A DNA stretch of 64,000 nt from the human T2T-CHM13v2.0 reference genome, Homo sapiens (GCF_009914755.1 NC_060928.1), one strand, 5' to 3'; numbered from the stretch's first letter, positions 33,617 to 47,019 are shown. The notes: generated by a model from the letters alone, not told the origin. Translations and numbers: made by a program.

Positions 33617-36600
33617 GGTGGGTTCAAGATGGCTGATCAGACATAGCTAGAGTGCACCACTGTCATGGAGAGGAAACAAAGTGTTGAGAAAATAGTGGCT
33701 CTTCAAGTTTCGCATCTTGGAGACCACATCAGTATTCATCAAAGAAGTGAGAGGATCCACAGAGAACAGACAGGAGCAAAGTCACGCAGCTGCCCACCCG
33801 GCACTGGCCTGGAGCTGGGAGAAGCACCCTGACATGGGGAAAGGGTGAGTGAGTGAAAGCCACCGGGGATCCACACTTTCCACACAGACTTTAGCAAATC
33901 TGAGCATGGGAAAGAGAGAAGAATGCTCTTGAGCCCCGCAGACATCTAGACTGACTCAGAGAGCCTTCTGGAATTTTTAAAGAGGTACCGCTCAGGCCCA
34001 CGTGGAGCCCAGAAAGCCTGCTACACTGAAACAAGTAGCTCAGGACACCAGGCACTCTATTGTCCAACTCTTCACCTGAAACAACAAGAGAGTGCCTTAC
34101 AGTAAACAAAGGTCACCTGCTTGTGTAATAGCTGGCTCATACTTGTAAACACCATCTACTATTCTATAGGTCAAATCGCACAACCCAACACAAAACTTGC
34201 TGACAGAAGTGAATAGGAATATAGTATTAAAATGAAAAGACACTACCTAACACAACCCTCAGCAAATGAGAAGGAATCAGCATAAGAATTCTGTCACTGA
34301 AAAATATAAATGTTGAGGCATCACCAAAGGCTAACTCTAGCTCTTCAGCAGTGATCTCTAACCAAAAAAGGAGCCAGAGAAATGACAGATGGATAATTCA
34401 AAGCACAGATTGTAGAGAAACTCAATGAGCTCCAAAATAAGGTTGAAAATCAATGCAAAGACATCTGTAAAGCAATCCATGAAATGAAGAGGTAAATATC
34501 TTGAAAAGAAATCAGTCAGAGCTATTGGAACTAAAAAACTCACTTAAGTAATTTCCAATACAATAGAAAACTACAAAACAACCAATACAGTAAACCAAAT
34601 GAAAGAAAAGATTCCAGGGCTTTCAAATCCATCTAGCCAGACAAAAATACAGATTTTTTTTTAATGAACAAAGAATCTCAGAAATATGAGCTGATGCAAA
34701 GTGTCAAAACCTGTGAACTACTGGCATTCCTGACAGAGAAGGAGAAATAGTAAATAACCTGGAAAACATTTGAGGGAAAATTTTAAGATCATTCCTCTAA
34801 TCTTGCTAGAGAAGTAGACATCAGGATATAAGAAATCCAAAGGCCTTCCAAATACTATAAAAAATGAATTTCACCAAGATGTGTAGATACCAGACTATGT
34901 CAGATAAATGCTAAAGAAAAATATTTTGAAGACAGCTTGAGAAAAAGGTCAGATAACATACAAAGGGCAACCATCAGGCTAACAGCAGACTTCTCAGGAG
35001 AAATTCTCAACCCAGAAGAGACTGGGAGCCTATTTTCAACATTCTTAAAGAAAATAAACTCCAGTGAAGAATTTCATACACCAGAAAAACTAAGCTTCCT
35101 GAGCAAAGGAGAAATAAAATATTTTTGATAAGCAATTGCTAATGGAATTCATTACTAGACCAGCCTTACAAGAGATCATTAAGGGAATTCTAAACACATA
35201 GATGAAATAACAATATTGGCTGCCGCAAAACCACACCAAAGTACATAGCACACACACCTTTTAAAGAAACCACAAAATAACTACAAAACAACCAGTTAAT
35301 AACTTCATGATAGAATCAAAATTTCAAATATCAATATTAACCTTGAATGTAAATGGTCTTAACAAACCACTTGAAAGACACAGAGTAAGTAGTAAGTTGG
35401 ATTGAAAACAAGACCCATTGTCTGCTGCCTTCAAGAGATTTATCTCATGTGTGACAACATTAATAGACTCAAAGTAAAGGGTTGAAGAAAGACTGATTAT
35501 TCAAAAAGAAAACAAAAAGAGCAGAGGCTCTATTCTTATATCAGATAAAATAAACTTAAGCCAACAACAGTAAGAAAACAAGAAGAAGGATACTACATAA
35601 TAATAAAGGATTCAATCCAACAAGATGACTTAACTATCCTAAATACATAATGCACTCAACATTGGAGCACACAGATATATAAAACAAATAATTCCAGACC
35701 TACAAAAAGACTTATACAGCCACAAAATAATAGTGAAGAACTTTAACACCCCACTGACAGTGTTTGACAGATCAAAGCAGACAACTAACAAATCTGGGGC
35801 TTAAATTTGACACTTAACCAATTGGACCTAGTAGACAACTACAGAATCTACCACTCATCATCCATAGAATATATATTCTTCACATTTGCACACAGAATAT
35901 ACTCTTAAGATTGACCAAATGCTTGGCCATAAAGCAAGTCTTAATACATTCACAGAAATCAAAGTCATTCCAATCATACTTTCAGACTACAGTGGAATAA
36001 AAATAGAAATAATTACAGAAAAGATATCTCAAAAGCACACAATTACATAAAAATTAAAGAATTTACTCCTGAATGATATTTGGGTGAAAGATGAAATTAA
36101 GGCAGAAATTTAAAAATTTCTTGAAATAAATGAAAACAGAGAAATATCAAAATTTCTGGGAAACAGACAAAACAGTGTAAAGAGGAAACTTACAGCACTA
36201 AACACCTACATCAAGAAGTTAGAAAGATCTAAAATAAACAATCTAACATCATACTTGAAGGAACTAGAAAAACAACAAGAAATGAAGCCCAAAGATAGCA
36301 GAAGAAAAGAAATAACCAAAACCAGAGCCAAGCTGAATAAAATTGAGATTCAAAAATCCATAAAAAGGATCAACAAAACCAAAAATTAACTCAAGATAAA
36401 TTAAAGACTTAAATGTAAAACCTAAACCTATAAAAATTCTAGAATAAAACCTAGGAAATACCATTCTGGACATCACCCTTGACGTAAAAAGGATTTTATA
36501 ACAAAGACACCAAAAGCAATTTCAAGAAAAACAAAAATTGGCAAATGGAGCCTAATTAAGCAAAAGATCTTCTGCATGGTAGAACACATTATCAACAGAG

Positions 36601-36986
36601 TAAACAAACAACCTACAGAATGGGAGAAAATATTTGCAAACTATGCATCTGACAAAGGTCTGATATCCAGAAACTGTAAGGAATGTAAACAACTGAACAA
36701 GCATGAGCAAATAACTTCATTAAAAAATGAGCAAAGGACATGAACAGGGACTTCTCAAAAGAAGACATATATATGTACAACAAATATATTGAAAAAATGC
36801 TCATTATCACTAATCATTAGGAAGATGCAAATCAAAAATACAATGAAATGCCACTCACACCAGCCAGAATGACTACTATTAACAAGAAAAAATAAATAAC
36901 AGATGCTGGTAAGGTGGCAGAGAAAAGGGAATACTTACACACTGCTGGTGGAAATGTAAACTAGTTTCAGCCACTGTGGAAAGCAG
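33617..36986 (+). mobile_element. L1PA15/16-type element: 5'UTR, ORF1, EN, internal deletion of RT, partial C-terminus
   Basis: caagatggctgatcagac 5' end; ORF1 IRLTADFS; junction at ~36385 joins the post-EN region to attaactcaaga. Confidence 0.8.
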
Positions 36987-38545
36987 GAAGAATCAATATC
37001 ATTAAAATGGCTATGCTGCCTAAAGCAATTTGCAGATTCAAGGCTATTCCTATAAAACTACCAATGACATTCTTCATTCTTCACAGAACTAGAAAAAAAC
37101 TATTTTAAAATTCATCTGGAAAAAAAAAGCCTGAATAGCCAAGGCAATGCCAAGCAAAAAGAACAAAGCTGGAGGCATCATGTTACCCAACTTCAAACTA
37201 TACTACAAAGCTACAGTAAACAAAACAGCATTTTACTGGTACAAAAACAGGTACATAGACCAATGGAATAGATTGAGAGCCCAGAATGAAGGCTGCATAT
37301 CTACAAAAACCTGATCTTTGACAAAGCTGACAAAAACAAGCAATGGAAAAAGACCCCTTATTTAATAAATGGTGCTGAGATAACTGGCTAGCCATGTGAA
37401 GAAGATTGAAGTTGCACCCCTTCCTTACACTATACACAAAAATCAACTCAAGATGGATTAGAGACATAAATGTAAAACCCAAAACTATAAAAACCCTGGA
37501 AGACAACCTAGGCAATAACCTCCTGGACATAGGAATGGGCAAAGATTTCATAACAAAGACACCAAAAGCAATCACAACAAAACAAAAAATTAACAAGTAG
37601 GATCAGATTAAACTTAGGAGCTTCTGCACAGCAAAAGAAACTATTGATGAGTAAACAGACAACCTGCAGAATGAAAGAAAATGTTTGCAAAGTATGCATC
37701 TGACGAAGGTCTAATATTCAGCATCTATAAGGAACTTAACCAAATTTACAAGAGAAAAATAAACAACCCCATTAAAAAGTGGGCAAATGACATGAACAGA
37801 CACTTCTCAAAAGAAGACATTTATGTGGCCAACAAGCATACGATAAAAAGCTCAACATCACTGATCGTTAGAGAAATGCAAATCAAAACCACAATGAGAT
37901 ACCATTTCATACAAGTCAGAATGACTATTATTAAAAAGTCAAAAATAGATTCTGGCAAGGTTTCAGAGAAAAAGGATCACTTATACACTGTTGGTGGGAG
38001 TATAAATTAGTTCAACCATTGTGGAAAGCACCATGGCGATTCCTCAAAGAGCTAAAAGCAGAACTACCATTTTACTCAGCAACCTCATCACCAGGCGTAT
38101 ACCCAGAGGAATATGAATCATTCTACCATAAAGAGATATGCATGCAAATGTTCTTTGTAGCACTACTCACAATAACAAAGACATGGAATCAACTTACATG
38201 CTCATCAATGATAGACTTGATAAAGAAAATGTGCTACGTATACACCATGAAATATTATTCAACCATAAAAAGAGTCTTTTGCAGAAACATGGATAGAGGT
38301 AGAGGCAGTTATCCTTAGCAAACCCATGCAGGAACAGAGAACCAAATAATACTGCATGTTCTCACTTATAAGTGGGAGCTAAATAAGGTCAATTTGAGGG
38401 GGCAGGGTGTGATGAAGGAGAGGAGCAGAAAAAAAATAACTATTGGGTACTGGGCTTAATATCTGGGTGATAATATGTACCACAAACACCCATGACACAT
38501 GTTTACCTATGTTACAAACCTTCCCAAGTGCCCACAAACCAAAAA
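36987..38545 (+). mobile_element. L1PA (about PA13-16) 3' 1.55 kb
   Basis: gaagaatcaatatcattaaaatggc through ORF2 C-terminus ([18 protein letters not shown]) to 3'UTR catgacacatgtttacctatgttacaaacc. Confidence 0.85.
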
Positions 38546-40060
38546 GAGACAAGTATAGTAATTATATAATGATAAAGGGTTCAATTCAGCAAGAGGATAA
38601 AACAATTTTAAATATATATGCACTCAATGCTGGAGCATCCAGACATATAAACCAAATATTATTAGAGCTACAGGGAGAGATACATTCTAATAAAATAATA
38701 GCTTGGAACTTTAACACACCACTTTCAGCACTGGAGAGGTCATCTAGACAGAAAATCAAAAAAGAAACATCAGACTTAATATGCACTGCAGACCAAATGG
38801 ACCTAACAGACATTTAGGAAGATTTCATGCAACAACTCTTGAATATACATTATTCTCCTCAGCACATGGAATATTCTCAAGTATACACCATATATTAGGC
38901 CACACAGCAAGTATCAAAAATTCAAAAAATTTGAAATCATATTAAGTATCTTCTCTGACTACAATGGAATAAAACTAGAAATCAATATCAAGAAGAACTT
39001 TGGAAATTACACAGACACATGGAAATTAAACAATATGTTCCTTATCAACCACTAAATCTATGTAGATATTTTAAAAAATAAAAATGCTTGATACTAATGA
39101 CAATGGAAGCACAACATACCCAAAACCTATGGGATACAGCAAAAGCAATACTAAGAGGGGAATTTCTAGCAATTTCCATCAACAGCTACATCAAAAATAA
39201 TAAAAATCAAATAAACAACCTAACACTGCATCTTAAAGGACTAAAAAAATAAGAGCAAACCAAACCCAAAACTAGTAGAAGAAAATAAATCATAAAGATG
39301 AGAGCAGAAATAAATAAAATTGAGACTTAAAAAAGAATACAAATATCAATGAACCAAAAGATGAGAGCATAAATAAATAAAATTAAGACTTAGAATGCAA
39401 ATATCAATGAACCAAAAAGTGGGGTTTTTGAAAAGATTTTTAAAAAATCAACAATCTTTTAGCCAAACTAAGGAAAAAAGAGAGAAGACCCAAATAAATA
39501 AAATCAGAAATGAAAAATGACACAGTACATCTGATCCCAAAGGAATTCAAAGAATCAGAGGCTATTATAAACAACTGTATGTCAATAAACTGGAAAACCT
39601 AGAAGAAACGTATAAATTCCTAGACACATACAATCTACCAAGGTTGAATCATGAAGAAATCCAAAATAATGAGACAGAAGCAGTGATAAAATGTCTTCCT
39701 TTAAAGTAAAGCCAAGGACCTAATGTTTTTACTGATGAATTTGACCCCAAATTTAAAGAACCAATAACAATCCTACTGAAACTATCCAAACATTGAGGAG
39801 GAAGGAGTACTTCCAGAGTAATCCTATGAAGCAAACGTCACCCTGACACCAAAACCAGACAAAAATATACAACAACAACAAAAAGAAAACTAAAGGCCAA
39901 TATCTCTGATGAACAAGGTTATAAAACTTCTCAAGAAAATACTAGCAAACTGAATTCAACAATACATTAAAAAGATTATTCATCATGATCAAGTGGGATT
40001 CATCCCAGAGATGCAAGTATGGTTCAAGCTATGTAAATCAATGTGATACGTCATATCACA
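38546..40060 (+). mobile_element. L1MA-type ORF2 (EN to start of RT), probably the continuation of 31643-33610
   Basis: YIMIKGSIQQEDKTILNIYALN; ends at caagtgggattcatcccagagatgcaagtatgg. Confidence 0.8.
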
Positions 40061-40801
40061 TATCAGAAGTTTTGCCTGGATTAACTAATACTGTCAGGTA
40101 GAGTAACATAAAGGTTGTGATTATTCAATGGTCCACTGATTGTGTCAGCAGAAAAGTCTCAGAGGTCTCTACAAGAATGGTTAAGTGGAGAGGTAGAGAT
40201 CAAAAACCAAAATCAGATTAGAAACCTAAAGACTAAACAAAACAAGAAAACATGGCTATCCTACTAAAATAATGAAAAATTGAGATAATTAATTACGTTC
40301 TGCTGCTGGCATTTAATAGCTTAGAAAAAGAGTCCTTTGGCTTTCAGTTTAACACCTCCTTTGTCTTTTGTTTATCTTAGAGAAAATATCATTTCCAAGG
40401 ATAACAGGTTAAAACAAAGGAGAATTAACTAATTCTTCATTCATAATATACACTCAAGACATTTTTAAAAAAGATTATTATTATGTGAAAAAATCAACTG
40501 AACTAAAGCCATCATTTTGAACAATGATAAAAATATCATGATAAAAATCTCAACAAATGAATGGTTGACTGCCCTCTTTCCATGTTCGCTGCCTATGTCT
40601 ATAACCTACATCATCCAAATTGATAAAAATCATGCTAAACATAAGATATGAATTTCAGCTCTGACAGCCATGTTGAGTTACAGAAATATTCTGCAAATAC
40701 GTAAGTTCATACATTCATGCTTAGGTGATCTCAGGCCTTCTGGTGCCTCTTATACTTGGAGAGTGACTGTATAAATTGTACAAAAACTGTTTGTGTTTGA
40801 A

Positions 40802-41150
40802 CTATGCAGCCATAAAAAATGATGAGTTCATGTCCTTTGTAGGGACATGGATGAAGCTGGAAACCATCATTCTCAGCAAACTGTCGCAAGGACAAAAAAC
40901 CAAACACCGCATGTTCTCACTCATAGGTGGGAATTGAACAATGAGAACACTTGGACACAGGAAGGGGGAACATCACACACTGGGACCTTTTGTGGGGTGG
41001 GGGGAGGGGGGAGGGATAGCATTAGGAGATACACCTAATGTAAATGACGAGTTAATGGGTGCGGCACACCAACATGGCACATGTATACATATGTAACAAA
41101 CCTGCACGTTGTGCACATGTACCCTAGAACTTAAAGTATAATAAAGAAAA
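40802..41150 (+). mobile_element. L1PA4/5 3' end (~350 bp)
   Basis: Young L1 3'UTR with G-rich tract and cctagaacttaaagtataataaa. Confidence 0.93.
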
Positions 41151-43444
41151 TATATATATGTATAAAGAAATATATAAACAGTTGGATATTTATATTTATA
41201 TTTAAACAGCAAAAAAGAGTACCTAAATTGTTTGAGACATATGAAGAAAAGACATAAGAAAAAAGGCCAAGGAATTATGATAGAATATGTCTGATATCTA
41301 GGTCTAAAAAGTCAGATACATGAAATACTTAACCAATAATTTAAAGACTCACAGTGCTTCCTGCCTGGATCCTGGCACATCTGTGGCTCTGGAATTCTTA
41401 TATGTCCTGCACATGATGGTTCACTCTACACCTGCTTTTTGGGTAAAGAAAATGAGCCATTTTTATACTTTGCTTATTATCATATTACTAGCCTTGTTAT
41501 CCATAACCACATCAGAGTCTCCTGCAACTTCACTCTACTTTTCTCATGTAGTTCTTTATTATTCATACAAAGCATACTTTTTATAGCAGAATTTAATACT
41601 AGAATATATACGTTTGTGTGTGTATACATATATAGTATATTTATGTATATATATATATAGTATCCTGTGTGAAGAAAAAAATTTTTCTTCAATTAAAATA
41701 CTTATTTTTCTGAATACAATGACCCTGAACAATATTTTTGCTTGACTTTTAAAAAGATAAGGTGTTTAAAATATGTAGACTCTTAAAATTTTTGCAAATG
41801 TTGCAAATGTGTTGCAGACTTTCTGTAGACATAAATCAGTTAAAGGTCAACAAATATTATGCTAATTTATGTCATTTGTTTAGGCCAATGGTTGATGATG
41901 AGTATGTCCATAAGAAAGCTGCAAATTTGTTGTCTCTCCAAAGATACATGTTTTTAAAACAATTTTAAAATCCCAACCAGAATATTCCAAAGCTCACTTT
42001 CCTTTTTCTCTAAAATTAGACTGGCAGCAAACACTGAAATGAGTTATGGAGCCTGACATCTAATTAACACAGTCTTTATAGGTTTAATGAGCAGTGATAA
42101 ATTTCTATCCTTTTTTTGGCACATTTTAATTAGTTGTAATTATGAGTGGAGTGACCTGAAAAGATTGTTGTCCCACAGAATCACAGTAAATTTGTATAAT
42201 TTATATTTGCAGGGACAGAATGTGTTTTTATGACATGAAAAACCAAAAGGTTATTTAAGCCATTATAGTAGTCATATAAAATCTTACCTAAAGCTCAGAT
42301 AACTAAAACATTGGGCATTCATATTTTACTAACATCAGGGGAGATGCTTCATAAGCGCATTTATCAAGATCATTTCTCTAGAGAGTTGTTCTTTGCAACT
42401 TGTGTGCAACCTGAACTCAGATATTTATACATATGTATATATACATATATATACACACAAACATACTATATATGCTATGTTCATCTTATTAGTAAGGAAA
42501 ACTATATAAAAACTATATACATTTCCTATAATTCTTAATATTATTTTAAAGAATGATATGATATGATATGCTTTAAGGAATAGAATAAAAGAAAAAGTCT
42601 TCAATATTCATTAGGAATAAAATGTAAGACAAGGCAGATACTCTCCTTAATGTTATAAAGATTCCCATGTAGCAGAAGAGAAAAACAAACAATTCTCATA
42701 AATGCCAACATTTGGAGGACACCAGGTGCACACAATGGGAAAACCTATATTGCAACTGAAGGATCAGTGAAGACTCTGAGGAGTGATTATGATTATTGTG
42801 ATGATGATGACATGAAAAATAATAATCAACACTCTCTTTGTGGTTACTTATTGCTGGACATTGTTATAAGAGTTTACACAGTTCTTCAATAACTGGTAAT
42901 TTTTAGGTATGGGAGAACTAATCAGTTGAATTTTCTCATATAAGGTAAAGTTGCAGAGAGCATGGAAAGTCTAGTGGATAGCAGATTATATTCAGAAATT
43001 CACATTTGGTAGAATACCCCCAAAATATACATTCAATCACTTTCAAAAGGAGAAGGGGTTTATTTTCGCCTTCCTTTAACATTTCTGCATTTCAAACCTC
43101 TTTTAATGCCTACTAAACACCATTAATACCAAGTTGGAACCAAAGCTCCATTCCCTACAACTTTCAACTTCTGCCCTGTTTCCTACACTACAATCTACTT
43201 CGAACTATCATCTTTACAAAGGAATTAGTATCCCAGTAACCTTAGGATAATTGTATAAGCTTCCTATCCTCATAGGCTTTCTTCAGAGCAGGATCCTGCA
43301 ATTACACATCTGCCATTGTCAATATGACATATGTATTTTGTACCTATGAAATGTCTTCCTCAATCATTTAGGTAATTATTTCTGTGAGATGTTATAGTGG
43401 ATTTTATTATACAAATACGGCTGCAGCATAGCTTTCATTCTGCA

Positions 43445-43940
43445 AATTAATATATAACGGGACCTCGATATTGTTCCCAGAAATCCTCATATATGTACCT
43501 TCATTTGAATGAGCAGGGGCTGACATGACTCATTTGTAACCAATAGAATGCAGCAGAAGTTACACCGCATGCTTTCTGATAATACATTAGAAAAAGCAAT
43601 GCAAATTATGCCTTGCTTGCTGGAACACTCTATTTGAAGCCCTGAGCCAGTGTATAAGCATTATGACTACCCTGAGGCTAACAGGCCAAATAGTTCATCT
43701 GGAAAGATCCCATAGAGAGGTCACGTGACCACATTAAGGGAGAGAAATGCCTGGCTAGCCATTATTAGCTCCCGCGCGAGCCACCACGTGATTACAATTG
43801 CACATGAGAGCCTGACCCAAAACTACCCAGCCTAGTCCATCCTAAACTCCTACCATGCAGAAGCTGTAAGCGATAATAAGTCAATTGTTTCAAGCTAATA
43901 AGTTTTGACATTATTTGTTACTTAGCAATAGATAAATACA
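43445..43940 (+). mobile_element. MLT1G/H-like MaLR LTR
   Basis: accaatagaatgcagcagaagt...gactaccctgaggc...aactacccagcctagtcc...ttgttacttagcaatagataaataca. Confidence 0.8.
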
Positions 43941-44189
43941 AAGAAATTTTTGTATTACATTTTATAACAGGCTGTGCTGTGCTGTCCAAGTGTTCCTGGG
44001 ATCCTTTATATATTGCAGGGCCATTTTCCCACTCTTTCTACTTTCCTTTACTTCTTAGTATTATTGCCTAATAGAAATCTTCTGTAAAAGCTGTCTTTAA
44101 ATGTGAACACTAAAAGGAGGATATTATAGTTGCACAGCTACTGTCTTGATTCAACTGCCAGTAGATTCTAAGCATATTCCTGAGAATCA

Positions 44190-44350
44190 AAGGCTTTCAT
44201 GGCCCAATCCCTGCTTGGCAGCTGTAATGCACTATGGCTTCTGGCAAGTCACTTAACGTCTATGGAACATCTTATTCCTCAGCAAAAAGACAATAATACT
44301 TACCTATCGCACAGCGGTATTGTATGGTTTAGATAGGGTTGCTCTCTGAA
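44190..44350 (+). mobile_element. MIR
   Basis: ggcaagtcacttaac...aataatacttacctatcgcacagcggtattgtatgg. Confidence 0.65.
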
Positions 44351-44904
44351 AATATGAAACACTATAATTTCAAGACAATATTATAAACCTACTATCCCAT
44401 TTTCATTTCTGACCATATGGAGTGGGACCTATGAGGATTTTGTATCTAGTGTTCAAAGTTTCCACTATTTAAATTGTCACCTTACAACCTACTACGTTCC
44501 TTACTAACCATTTAAATACTAAAATAAAAAAATGGCTAAATAAAAATCCATGTGCTATGCTGAAATGGGTGCTCTTTTGGGTTTCATTTTCCTAACTTTT
44601 CAGGACATTTGCAAAGTTTTATGAGTTTTTAACAGTCTCAATCTATCTTGGATCTGCAAAAGAAATTTTACTCTACTGTACTTTTAAGGAGTCCATATCA
44701 GGGAACAATTTGCTATGGAAATCTAAGGGCCTGATTAAGTTTTAGTCAAATTGTCTTTAAAAAATCACATTAATAATTCATGCTCCATTGGTTATTGATA
44801 TGCATTATTTGGCTCAAAAACATATTTCTATTAAAGAGGCTTGTATTACCTATACAGATTTTTTTTTAAATAAGGACTTAGAATTAGGTAAATTAGTTCC
44901 CATT

Positions 44905-45217
44905 TATTTATTGATTGATTGATTTTTATTTTTTGAGATGGAATCTTGCTCTGTCTCCCACTCTGGAGTGCAGTGGCATGATCATAGCTCACTGCAGCCT
45001 CGAATTCCTCAAGTGATGCTCCCACCTCAGCCTCTTGAGTAGCTGGGACTACAGGTGCATACCACCACGCCTGGCTAATTTAAAAATATTTTTTAAAGAC
45101 AAAGTCTCACTGTGTTGTCCAGGCTGGTCTCAAACTCCTGGGCTCAATTGATAAACTCCTTCCTGCCTTGGCCTCTTAAAGTGCTGGATTGACAGGCATG
45201 AGCCACTGCACCCAGGC
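44905..45217 (-). mobile_element. AluJ
   Basis: gatcatagctcactgcagcctc and ctcctgggctcaa AluJ diagnostics; TSD-like ccattta. Confidence 0.9.
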
Positions 45218-45245
45218 ACCATTTAATTTTAGGATAGAGCACATC

Positions 45246-45486
45246 ATGGATGGAACACATAAGAAATACTGAAAATAGTGGTTTAATATAGTTTAAATAA
45301 ACATTTGCTTTAATATAATTTCACCAATATTAAGGGAAAGGGAATTAATCCATGCCTTTATTGTACTTCAAACCTGTAATTAATTTAAATAACAATATCA
45401 ACAAAGTGTAGCAGTGTTTAAATTGAGCTGACTATGCCCCCATGCCCACAGAGGTGCTAAAAATAAAACAGAAGTATAAAATTGTC
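45246..45486 (+). repeat. Direct repeat copy 1 (~240 bp)
   Basis: Collinear with 46781-47019: gaacacataagaaatactg, accaatattaagggaa, ggaattaatccat, gctgactatg, aaaataaaacagaa. Confidence 0.9.
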
Positions 45487-46780
45487 TTTTAAATGAGAAA
45501 GTTAATTTCATGTATTTTTCATTAAAATATTTTTAGTTACAAAGAGTGAGAATTTAATCATTTTTTTCCTAATAGACAATGCCCATATTGGCTAACACAT
45601 AACCCATCCTCGAACCTGGGTATTTATAAGAAAATTAGACTATTTAGGTTTGAGTCATTTGACATTTGAGTGTTGTTAATCTCTTTTGTGTTCCATAATG
45701 TATTTTGTGTCAGTTTCATCCCAAATCTGAACTCTCTCCATAAGAAGTATTAAGACACAGGTGGAATGCACTGAAATTTACCTAATAATCTACAAAAAAA
45801 AAAAAAATCAGCAGGATTCAGCATAGCTTTTGCTGTTTGTTTGTTTGTTTCTATAAAAAATTTAATGCCTTTTGTTATTTTAAAAACTAAAATATCCTGG
45901 CCACGGCTCAGGACTCCCCAAGCAGGCAGTCTGCAGTCTTCTGCTGACAGCTGCAGGAGAAGCTTTGTGTCCTCCATCTGTCACCAAATTTCCTCTAACT
46001 CCTGCTGCTGTTCTACCATCACCAATCCGTGGACCATGGAGCTCCTACCTATGGGGCACCCCAGCACTTTTCTTTAAGATTAAAGCCAGAAATCCAGTCC
46101 TCTGAAATGGACATTATGTCATAGAAGACTTTCACAGTTGGAGTTGGAACTTGAGAAACAGGATTAGGCGACAGCTACATATGGCCCTCCGTATGACAGG
46201 AAGCTCTGCATCCTGAGGAAAACCAAACACATTGCCTAATCCCATACCATCCTCTTCATGCAAACCATAAATTCTGGCTCTCATAATTCAAATCTATATT
46301 CACCACTGAGTAAACAGAAGTCCCAATTTTTACTGAAGAAAATCCTACATTAACTGCCATTACTATCCAATTTAGACTCCCCTTAACACACCTAAACAAA
46401 TAATCAAAATCCCATTGCAAATTTCAGAAAAAATGTTAATATGCTAATGATTGAGTTAGGAAGTAGGATGATAAAGTCAAGGGATTCTTTATTTAGTTAC
46501 AGGGTAACTGGAATCCACACAGTTTATCTGTGAGGTGTTATTTGTGATTATTCTCAGTAAAGTAAGTAATTTGAAGCTAGGCATTGAATGAACAATAAGA
46601 GTTTAACTGTTTCAATACTATGGGTTTAGAAATCTAAGGATGCTAATATATATCAAAATAATTAGTAAATAAAATTATACTTTAATAGGATTCAACATAG
46701 ATTGGAAATCTTTTTAATTTCAGCATTTTTATTAAAGCAATGATCAACATTTTATTTTGAAGCTGGGGGTATCTGCAACA

Positions 46781-47019
46781 ATGGAGTGAACACATAAGAA
46801 ATACTGGAAATAATATATTAATATAATTTAACCAAACATTGTTTTAATATAATTTGACCAATATTAAGGGAAGAGGAATTAATCCATATCTTTAGTGTAT
46901 TCAAATATGTAATTCATTTTAATGACAATATCATCTAAATTTAGCAATGTGTAAACGGGGCTGACTATGTTCCCAGGACCACACAAGACCTTAAAATAAA
47001 ACAGAAATGTAAAATTCTC
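46781..47019 (+). repeat. Direct repeat copy 2 (~240 bp)
   Basis: Collinear with 45246-45486. Confidence 0.9.

Noticed and set aside
36975-37000. Back-splice (circular RNA) origin of the backward jump in L1 ORF2
   Set aside because: A GT/AG join would give gcagaag but the sequence is gcaggaag; a 2-nt ag microhomology or a second insertion explains it more simply.
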